From the NCBI GenBank assembly GCA_965153455.1, contig OZ234493.1, positions 19,148,213 to 19,212,212 of the forward strand: DNA of 64,000 bases, written 5' to 3'. The stretch comes from Sphagnum compactum (Eukaryota). The notes beneath the pieces are model-generated. The model did not search any database. It was not told where the DNA came from and saw only the letters and a program-made list of their open reading frames with translations. Shown here piece after piece: positions 39,448 through 50,009 of this stretch. The stretch's first letter is position 1. The number at the start of each line of letters is the position of its first letter. The translations under genes were made by a program, and so were the position numbers.

Positions 39448-40220
39448 CTGCAAAGAAAAAGAAAACGAGTGAACACAATTCTTTAAATGTCTCTTGGAAA
39501 TTATTTGACTATACATGAAATAAGAAAAATGTAATATACAAATTATAGTAGTTACATAAAAGCAATAATTTGTTGAAAAGATTAAGTTTAACAAGATCAA
39601 AATAATAAATGAATTGGAAAATACCAAATCTATCTTGCATGACTAACAAATGAAGATCATTCACATGTGTCATAGACCACAAAGTTTCAAAACATAGTTC
39701 AATAAGTGAATGTTGTTACATAGTAGGTGGAATGTATGCCAAACAATAAAAGTTAATGCTAAGAACCGGATTCTTTCAAGTTTGGGTTGATTTGCTTAGC
39801 CATCTAGTTTGGTTCATTTGCATTTCATGACATTTTCCCCAATATTTGGGCCTCTAAGGCCTCCCACAGCTAAGGAATTAGGACACAAACCCAATAAGAA
39901 TGTCCAAGAGCAGTTTAATAATTTGCTTTAGGTTGTTGGATCAAGACTACACATTGAACTTAACTCATAATCTATAATGAAAGTTCCAATCCTTACAAGT
40001 TCAATATAATCTTAGTCAATGCCAAATTTTGACAAATTTCCCTTTCACCAATTATACTTGTTATAGCAAATGAGTTGCCAACCAAATGTAAGAGGCTATT
40101 GTGATGACTCCATTTCGTATTGTTTTAAACATCATTTCATATTGTTTTTATCTAAACAACCAAACTGGAAAGTAAGCAAAGTAAAAATGTATGACAAGGA
40201 AGCTTGTAAATGATTGGGGA

Positions 40221-40290
40221 GTTCAGGTACCCTAGTGGCTAAAAGGTATGGTTGTGAAGCTGTTGGTTGGGAGTTCAAATCTGAACTAGA
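40221..40290 (+). other. tRNA-derived (SINE-head-like) sequence
   Basis: An A-box-like TACCCTAGTGG and a B-box-like GAGTTCAAATC sit at tRNA-like spacing, but the canonical acceptor and T stems do not pair, so this is not a functional tRNA. Confidence 0.3.
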
Positions 40291-40412
40291 CCTCCTTCTC
40301 CTGATGCTTTGTGAGGATAATAAGCTATCATGGTTGTAAGGGTCAAGGAAAATTGTCAACACCCAAACAAAATGAAAAAAAGCAAAGAAAAATCAAACTT
40401 CAACATGTGACT

Positions 40413-40779
40413 TGGGAAACCCAAGGAAAAACTGTGCAAAGAAAGCTCATCATAAGGTAATGAAAAGCACCACATTGCTGTGCCATCCAGAGCTTGAAGG
40501 AGCATTTTCAGCGGGGACCAAAGGTGTCTCAATCGCAGCAGGTATCTGCATAACATCTTTACATGGGAAATCCCAAGAAAAAACAGTGCAAAGAAAGCTC
40601 ATGATAAGATCAAGAAGAAGCACCACATGGCTGTGACATCCAGAGCTTGAAGGAGCATTTTCAGCGGGGACCAAAGGTGTCTCAATCCCAGCAGGGATCC
40701 GCACAACATCTCTCTTTCTTTCCGGGGGCCCTTGTGAAAGATCAACTCCTTTTCCCTTGAGGCCATCTGAATTTCCCAT
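40413..40779 (-). other. Candidate first coding exon of the NLR (MGNSDGLKGKG...) containing a roughly 153-bp tandem duplication
   Basis: ATG at 40779. DVxxIPAxIETPLVPAENAPSSSG is encoded twice in frame, on the same strand as and about 1 kb upstream of the first hydrolase exon. The splice donor was not identified. Confidence 0.4.
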
Positions 40780-41706
40780 ATTTCGCACTACTGAAATTCC
40801 TTTTGCTCACCGCTCTCATAAATATTTTTCTCTTAACCTTTTGGTCCCATAAAACCTGCTACAAATCCTTTGCCATCCCATTAGCATACACAGGGTATGA
40901 TGGGTGTCCCTCACACATCACAGATTCCCACAAGCTAAGCTGATCTTTCCACTAGATCTCCCCAAAAAACATCAACCGCTTTCCTCTTCACGATCTCCCT
41001 GGAATTCTCACACTCTTCTCTCACTCCTTTTCGACTTTTCTTGCAGATGTTTCTTCTTCTTCATTTTTTCCTCGCCCAGAAACTTCTAGAAGGGTTTTGC
41101 CGTGACTCTTCAGACTCTCGCATACACGCTTTACCGATTTCTTCTTGGCCACTGAACAATTGATTACTTTCTTTTGTGGAACACATGTCTCTATTTTCTA
41201 CTCGTAATTGAGGATGGAATATGCAATGTCAGCTTGAGACTTGTCAAACGCGCTTTACTTTTTCCCTCTGGCGTCCCCCATTATTATCATCATGACTTTT
41301 GTTCACATCCACACATCGACCTCTCTTTTACCAAAAAACTACAGCCGGAAAAAAGCTAAAAAATAAATTTTAAAAGTGCTAAAATCAGATGCTTTTTGAG
41401 ATTCTCAATAGCTAAAATTCAACCAAATCCAAAGAAAAATCGTCAGATTTCCATTCATGGTTTCCAAGTAGGTAGCCAAAAAAAGAGAAAGATGTTTAAG
41501 ATTTTCTAATGCCCAATTTAGCTCATAGCCAAATCTGACTAAATCTTCCTGCCGATGATAGCCACTTGGGGTATATCTCAAAACTCACCCAAAAAATATT
41601 GCTCCACACGTTTCCTGCTGTTGGGCTGATTTCACCCAGTGCATTATTGAAGCGTTCTGCCAGAGTTCATGTTGCAGGCAATGCATGATTAATTGGGCCT
41701 TGGGTG

Positions 41707-41908
41707 AACCGGCCAGGGTGAACTGACCCCCAAAACCCGTTCAAATGGCCATATTAGGCCCCAAAAATTATAGATTTGGACTTAGAGACGCTGATTTTGT
41801 CTACAGAAATGATATTTTTAATATTTAGAATATTTATGAGCAATTTAAATGGGCTCTGCGGTTTTTACCATGATCCCAATGTGGGGTCAATTTTCCTTGG
41901 TCAGGTTA
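41707..41908. mobile_element. MITE-like element with about 25-bp imperfect terminal inverted repeats
   Basis: Left end AACCGGCCAGGGTGAACTGACCCC; reverse complement of the right end AACCTGACCAAGGAAAATTGACCCC. A second copy lies at 16659-16860. Confidence 0.75.
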
Positions 41909-42505
41909 TCCTGGCCTACACTTGAACCACGGTGAAAATCCTAAAGTTTTTGGGGCCAACTTCAAAACATTATAGATACATGTAGCATCCTTAGAGCATC
42001 TCCACCCCACACCTGTAAACACCCCTTTTCATTAAATTTTGCAGCAGGATAGCATAACTCCTGCTCCACTCCGGTATGGATGTCGATTTTGCAGTGGTCA
42101 TTTAAACCCCTTTAAAAGGTTTTTTCTACTATGGATTTGGACATGCAGTCTTGGAGTTATTATGGGGAAAGGCCTCATTCAAGAAGGTGAATGCATTAAT
42201 GTAGGTGCAGGTTCAGCCTGGCCATTAATTTCAAGAGACGCTTCAGTCCTTGTCAGATTATATGTAGTGATCATCCTTCAAGTGCACCAGCATAGATACT
42301 GAAGAACACAGATTTCAGGAAAGTCTTTCTTTGTGGAATGAAAAGTTCTGTTTTGAACCCAATTTGCTTACTTATTGAAACACTTGACATGTATTGGACA
42401 TTTCACAACCTCCAATTTCAAAGAAATCATTTAGTTGAACAGGTCAAGTTTGTTTTGGTTATAGTCACTCAAACAAGTTCACTGCTTCTCATGGTTTCAT
42501 GTAGA

Positions 42506-45300
42506 GGTGCTATCTGGAAGGATGACAAGCTTATTGATGGTGTTCTGGAGACTCTTGATATGCTGCATGCAATGGCAAGCTCTGTTTCCACCACGCTGCA
42601 CTTCTTGCAGGATTTTTTTTCCAGACTCTAAATTTTGCACTTTCATGCACACATGTGACTCCATAGTTTGTGCAAAATTTGATCTTTCTTGCATGAGCTC
42701 GAATTTGGAATTTTTCTTTCCCGAGATGCAACATAAGAATGAGCTTCTTGGGCTTTGCGGGGCAAAAGATTGGTGTTTGTGACCAATAACGCCACCAAAT
42801 CAAGGAAGCAGTATGGAAAGAAGTTTGAGTCACTTGGTCTCAACTTGTCTAAGCCTTGAGGTATGTGTCTAGCAGAGTTCACTGTAGTTCTTAGGAGACC
42901 TTACCAACAATATAGGTATGTTTCTTTGATTGCATGGTCTGTTTCTTGGGTTCTGTCCCATATGACCCTGGTGAGAGCATCAATGTGCTTGCTGTGGTGC
43001 AGGAGGAGATATTTGCAAAATCCTTTGCAGCAGCTGCATACTTGAAATCAATCATTTCCCTTCTGACAAGAAGGCAGAGGCATTATTCTGTCTGGAGATG
43101 AACAGCTGAATTTGGGTTCTCCTTCCTGAAAACAAAGGGATGGGAAACAGTTTTAATGGAAACCATTTCTAGCTGGGGAATTGGCTAAAACCATTCACTC
43201 ATTTTTAACGGATTATTTCACAGGGGGATTTTGAATGTATACCAAGTCTATGTTGTTGGTGAAGCTGGAATCCAGTTGGAGCTCAAGCAAGCTGGCATCA
43301 GTTACATTGGAGACCCCGTACTCCTCCCTCCTGCCTGGCCCCACTTATCTTTGCTAATTACTTTAATATGGGTGACTGCACTAGAGTGTGTCTAGTTTAC
43401 ATCACATGTATCCCGGTGAATTTCTCTTTTCAACTGTTATGGAGGTTGTGCCAACAAGCATAATCATATTCAAAGGTTTCAATGTCATAGCTGTGGCTGT
43501 GTGTGTAAATGGGTTCAGAGACTCCCAGAAAGACAGGGACCGAAAAATAGACCTGGCACCAGTCATTTCATGCAGCATGACCAAGATGTAGATTGTCTGC
43601 CCTTTCTCATCTTGCCCTCATGTACATGCATTGTAGGATGCTGTCATAGCATGTGTCAACAATCGTCTGGTGTCTGGTGTTGTTGCTGTGACCTTGGGTT
43701 ATCTGCTGAGCTGCTGAGCTAAGGCTCTATAAACTTCTTCCTAGTGAGAAGAATGGGAATGGTTGGCTTTTGGTTTCTGTTTTACTCTTACTGTGGTGGG
43801 AAAAATGGTCCTGGGTGCAGGTGGGAGCAGTGGTTGTGGGACTTGAAAGGAACATTGTTTACTACAAACTTCAGTGAGTCTATGTGCTCCTTTCTGGTAT
43901 TTTCAAGTCATATTTGGTTGTTGACTTGTTTTGATGCTCATCATGCAAGTCCGCTTGTTTCATGATGGATCCTAGGCTAGGGATTGGAAGGAGAAAATTA
44001 CAAGCATGTGCAGGAGAGCAGCAGTGGTAGTTGCTGGTGAATGGACAGAGCATGATTTAGTCATAGCATCCCTGTCTCAGAGAAAGTAGATTGTGACAGA
44101 ACAAAGTTCACTTTACAAGTATTGGACTTGTCTTCTCGGTTTGGCTGCGATATTCTTGACTGGTTATAGGGTTGGATTGTTGGACAGGTATGCAACTCTC
44201 TGTGTGCAGGAGAATCCTGGTTGTTTGTTCATTGTGACCAACTCTGATATCCTCTCTCATTTGACTGATGCCCAAGAATGGGCAGGCAATTATTTTTTCT
44301 TATTAAATCATGAATACTTCTTGACTTGTTGTGCTCTAACCTCAAACTGAGGTGCCTCTGACATACATATTGTTGACAAGCTTGTGAATAGACACCCACT
44401 TGGGTCTCAACTTCTGTAGGTCATTTTGCAAATTGAAGAGTAAATGCTGAATGTGCCTGGGGAGTGTATAAAATTGCAGTCCCAGATAGAGATATCAACT
44501 TTGCTTGTTGAGATTTTTGAAATGGAAGAGAGGGAACCAAGGTACTCATGTCAGGGCTAAGGACTGAGAGGGAGGATGAAACAGGAGGGGGAGCCATGGT
44601 GGGAGCAATAAAAGGTTCCACAAAGACAGAGCCACTTGTACTGGGCAAGCCCTCCACATTTATGATTGACTGCCTTGCTTCAGAGTATGACCTCTTTTCT
44701 TACTTCCACACCTCTGTCTCCATGTTTCTTTCTTGATTTTGCACACAACTATCTTCTGCATATCTCACCTCTGATCCTTCCTCTCTGTTTGCTTTGGTAA
44801 TCTTTTGCATTGCTTACTCATAACCTTCTTGGCTGGATCTAGCTGTTGTGGATGCTGTAGAGTATTTATCAAGTATACTGTATTCATGTAACACATTGCA
44901 TGTGAATGCCGAGACCAATGCTTTATCATGACAGATTATTGGTCAACCTGAGAGCATTTCTGAATTTGTGGCATCTTCAATGAGAATTCACTCTGGAAAA
45001 CACATTGACATGCAATTTGAAGTCTTGCACATTAATCTGTACCAACCTTCAGGCTGAAGTTGCAGGATATTGTGTAGTGTGTGTCAGGTCCCCTTATGCT
45101 TGTGTTGTCTCCTTCTTTTGCAGATTTACAATCAGCACATCAGAGATCTGCATGGTGGGTGGGGTGATAGGCTGGATACTGATATTCTTTTTGTACAGAA
45201 CGGTGGCCGCAAAACTCTGCTTGTTCCTTCTCGTACTTCACCACCAACTGTGCTTATGTTTCAGATCCTGAGTATTTCCACTTCTCTGTAGGAATAGGGC

Positions 45301-45334
<34 letters not shown>

Positions 45335-45482
45335 TTGTTTCTTTGTCCTGTGTTTGCATGTGGGTTCCCATGGCTGTTCTCTTTGGTGCCTTGTAGGAGT
45401 AACAATTCTGGAGACACTCCAAAGCCCCAACAACTTCATCCAAATGGATGCTTACACAACCAGTTATCTGATAAGCAACTAG
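42506..45482 (+). pseudogene. PGLP1: Phosphoglycolate phosphatase (PGLP1-like, HAD IIA) unprocessed pseudogene
   Basis: Exons in the expected order: GAIWKDDKLIDGVLETLDML; GKRLVFVTNNATKSRKQYGKKFESLGL; EEIFAKSFAAAAYLKSI; VYVVGEAGIQLELKQAG; VGAVVVG; YATLCVQENPGCLFIVTN..LTDAQEWAG; GGAMVGAIKGSTKTEPLVLGKPSTFM; ICMV/GDRLDTDILF; GVTILETLQSPNN. Frameshifts occur near 43053, 43562 and 45160, and the DxDG exon was not found. Confidence 0.9.
45304..45332. repeat. (AC)n microsatellite, about 14 units, in the last PGLP intron
   Basis: Uninterrupted ACAC run. Confidence 0.95.
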
Positions 45483-47185
45483 TAAGGATACCAGGGGATT
45501 GGGCTTCCATCAACTCTTTGTGACAAATAATTATTCAGGCCATGGCTTCACAACCATTTGGGATATTTGCTCAATCAACCAACAAGGCCATCTAGATGCC
45601 AAGTCATATGCAAACCACAGTGCATTTCAAGATGCAGCTAACTGCTGGTGCTTTGAGTTCTGCCTATCACCATTACCTGTTCTCTGAAATGTGACGATGT
45701 GTGTTCCACAATTTAAGGTTCCAACTCAGTGGCCTTAAGTTCCGGAAGGAGACCGACTAGGTCTTTGAAGTAAAGAACAGGCTTGTGTGATCAGTGTGGT
45801 GGAACTACAGCACCATTGATCATTGGTGCACAACTGGAGAGGAATAAGAAGTTGGTCGCTGGAGACTTGCGATTCAGAAAATTTGTGATCTATTCTCACT
45901 CAGGTTTTCCAACTATGATCATTTGCATGATGATTCCAAGCTTGAGTAAAAATCTGCAGCACAGGTAACTGACACCGAATCCATTACGTTATTATCCTCA
46001 GAGGCTTTTAGCAACCAGCAATGGCTTGGCATGGAATGGCTCTGCCCTGCATGGCAGGCTCAAACAAAATCATAAGAGAAGATGAAATTGTGTAACTTGG
46101 TTGGGTACTTTGAATGCAAAAATGAATACGACAAAAACACTTGACAGCCTTGTCGATCTCCAGCTGCCATTCACAAATTGGTTCCCAATTCAATTCAAAA
46201 TTGTACCCCCAAATATTACACAAAATTAGCAAAGACTTCCCTCTGGACAGAGCCAAACAAAAGGAAGAAAAACAAAGAAATTGAAAAGAAAAGGTGCTCA
46301 ATTTTTTAGCAAAGTCTCTTCCCTCTGGGCAGACTCGGCAACACAGGAAGAAAAACAAGGAGTTCAAGAAACCAAGACAAGGAGAAAAACAGGAGAAAGA
46401 ACGTCACGTTTTGACCCTTGGAATTACGAGATCTATTTTTATTGACCCACTATCTCTTTCTTTCTTTCTTTCTTTGATTACATCCTGATCAAAGTTTTGG
46501 GAGGTTAGGAGTTGACAAAATGATTTGTCTTTATGTTCTATCTTCAATGTCAATGCCTAGAAAAGTGCATCTGTAGATCAGCTTTCTATCCAGGTTATAG
46601 TGCGGCCCTGAATGTTAAGTCAGTCAGAACTCACTCACTCTTTTTAGTTTTCAATCTGATTTCAGCCTTCGCATACCAACCCATCCTCAAGACATGTTGA
46701 GTTTTACTTGATTGCAAGGAGGCTCTGACGTAGAAGTAGATTTCAAGTCACTGCAGTCTCGCAATTGCAGGGATTGCAGCTACAAGCGACTTAGTGGTAG
46801 TAGAGCTCTTTAAGTGTTTGTATTTGTGGTGTAGAAGACATGATTCCGGTGGTGAAGCCTCTTAGTTTTGCAATTGTGATTGAGAAATTTGAGCTTTACA
46901 ATTGCGTGACACTGTGAGAAATTTCACTGAGACTCCTTTTACAGTGTTTTGTCAACTACCCAACAACTTTCTAACTGCTGGAAGGAATTAAATTCTCAGA
47001 GTGTATATATACTGCTAGACGCGAGCTCTCCATCGCATTCGCAGTTGTGATCGAGCTCAGTACGGTTGTGCCTTCTTCGCCCAGACTCTCTCGTACAACG
47101 CTGTGATATAATCTGGCTTTGATCTTGATTCGCTACTCTAACAGTCCAGCTGTAGTTTCAGAACTTTTCAGAGGGACCTGCAGCG

Positions 47186-47844
47186 ATGGCAGCGAGATTC
47201 TTCGGCAAGGGAGTTGTAGCATTGGGTCTGTGCCTGTTGGTTATGATGGCAATGGTAGCTGATCAGGCCAACGCCGCGACGTGCAACCTCGCTTCGCTAA
47301 TGCCTCGTCTCCCGGCAGTGGAAGGAGCGCACCCTCGTGCTCCGTCTGCGAGCTGCTGTCGTGTCGTCCAGACCGTGGACAAAAACTGTCTGTGCGCTCA
47401 GCTCAAATCTGGAACTTATCCAAAGCAAATGATTGAGAACGCGCTGCTGCTCCCAAAGAAGTGCAAGCGTACCAACCTCGCAGGTTTCAGATGCGGTGGT
47501 GAATACCTATGAATTCTTTCAAAATCCAGCATTGCTGAAGCCCAATACAAACCTGTGACATTCATGAGAAGTTAGAACTCGTGCGCTGCACTATAGTTCT
47601 ACTGCACATGAGTCGACGTTGGTCCAGATTGTGGGTGCTCGCACATACCACCGTAGTTCACAATGTATCAGACACTAATCCATCTTCTTTTTGAATATTT
47701 GATTCTTGAAAGTCCTAAGTTCGCACCTCTGATTTCATTTTCTCGACCTCCTTAGACATTATATGATGGGACTTTCTCTAATCTCGTCTTCTAAAGTGCT
47801 TGGGTTTCGTGGATTCATGTGCAGCATATACCATTCCACATTAA
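47186..47844 (+). CDS. Non-specific lipid transfer protein, type D-like; exons 47186-47498 and 47825-47844
   Basis: Hydrophobic signal peptide, then a C..(R)..CC..CLC..C..C scaffold. A GT-AG intron lies 4 nt after the last Cys codon, and the spliced end reads CGAYTIPH*. A TATA-like TATATATA is at about 47004. Confidence 0.88.
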
Positions 47845-49746
47845 GCGCATAATTCTCATACATTGCCGGGAATGAAAGAATTGCTCAAGAACTGTGAAAC
47901 AGTCCGGTAACTGCATCAAGAAAATGCTTCAAGTGATTGATTGAGCTGGCTTAGAGTTCTCTGCATGGTGAGGCTTGAAGCTGTACAGAACTGCATTTGT
48001 TGATGTGCTGGAAGATCAATAGATTGTTCCACCTGCATCTAACTATAAATAAAACAGTGCTAGTCACACTCCATCTACTGACTCATCTTGAGATGTGGGT
48101 GATGCAAGGAGTTACATACTTCAATTGTTTGTCGAATTGCAGCTGAAATTCTTCCAGGGCTAAAGCATGATTGGGTGCCTCAAAGTACTGTTCCAAATGA
48201 CTCTTTTCCATACTAAAATCACCATGTACATACATGATAGCAACTATCTTATCTTTTTAGTTTCATGTTAGATTTGGATATGATCACATCAAGTACTGAA
48301 TTATGATTGGAGTTGTCCTTCTCAATTGGTGCTACTCATGTTTTCCTCCTGGCATGGATCTACTCATGCACACTGATTGATCAGAAACTTGTTGATCAGA
48401 AGCTTTTCATATAACCTTGTTACCAAATTGTCCACAATGGCTTGAAGTTGAAAATTTGAGCTTGAAGCTTGAAATTGAGCAAAATCTTGGGTTTTGGAAG
48501 AAGAATTTCGAGATATAATTCTTAACAAGACAGCCCCTTAATTTATTTTTCCAGCTCTTCAATCACATATATAATTCACTTCCTCCCCATCAGTGGTATT
48601 TTTATTTTTGTTTTTTTATTTTTTTTCAAATTTCTAATGCTCAAGATGGATCTATCTATGAAGGAAGGTAGTTTGTTTGTGTTGTTTTGTTTTGCTTGCC
48701 ACATTGAGATCCTCCAAACACTTTATGCACAACACCACTTGGAACTTCCTTCTGTATTTGGTGAGCAAAGACAATTAAGAAAAAAATGCACCTCACTCCT
48801 ATCAACATACATGCTATATTTAAAATCAATGCCAAAGAAAACTTCTAATTTTTAATTCTAAAAGTATTATCGATAGTATTAAGGTATGATTTTCAGTTTT
48901 TTCTAGTATGTCACTCTTATTTTCAATCAAATATTGAGAATTATTCTAATCGTATATATATACATGTGTGCGTGTGAGTGTTTGTTTTGAAATTTTAAAA
49001 TTGAGAATAATATAAATTTTGACATGGAAACATTGAACTTGTCTAAAGGATACGATATATTAGTTTATGTAAAATGTCATTAATAATAGGAAAGATGCTG
49101 ATCAAATAAATATATAATATCTTTCAACACTTAAAAAAAATCTTGTATATATGTATACACCAGTGGTTAAAAGTAACCTTTTGATATCATAAAAAAATTC
49201 TCGAAGAGGGGGGGTGCCTATGGTGGTTGTATTGCAAACTTTTCAGACCAACAAGACATGCTCCTGAGATCTATGGTTGGGAATAAAGAATTGGTGCAAT
49301 ATAAAGAAGAGTTGTGACCCACAAATTAAGGACAAAGGCAAAGAACTCGTACCACTTGAAATACAAAGACAAGTAAGAGACTTCGATTTTGTCATGACCA
49401 TTGAAAAGGTACAATTTTTACATACAATTCTCTGCAATTCAAAAATAAAAAAATAATTTGATAACATTTTCTTATCTACCCAAAAGCTAAGGGACAAAAA
49501 TGAACTTTGCCAAGGATTGATTAAAAAATCCAAAATGTTATTTAGGACTTCACAAAGCTTGTGTGAATTCTAATAATTTTCCTAAAACTTGCATATGAAT
49601 CGGGAAAGGGAAATTACATCATTAAGCCTATGTCTAGTTTGGACCCAGATTGAAATTAAGATAGTTTGATATATGAAAATAGTCAAGGGAAATGCATAAA
49701 CCTCAACCGAGTTAATATTTGGTTTCACTTGGGTATCCAATTTTGT

Positions 49747-50009
49747 AAGAAATAGTTTTAATATATAAGTAGATAGGTAAGAAAATAGGTAATTATTAGG
49801 TAAGTAGATGGGTTTATACATAGGTAAGGGCTGTTTTTACTACCTACCTACTAGCAACTTGCTTGTGGGTTGTTAGTAAGTATGTAGTGTAAGAAAGCAA
49901 CCAAGGTAACCACCATGGTTAACTAAGGAACTGAAATGCAACAGAAAACTGTTTCTTGACCACTTCTCATCCATCCTTCCCGGTGCCTTGGTGGGTGCTG
50001 TTCACTGTG
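49747..50009. mobile_element. Second copy of the right end of the 27701-28444 element
   Basis: About 260 bp colinear with 28180-28444; similarity stops sharply after TTCACTGTG. Confidence 0.65.
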
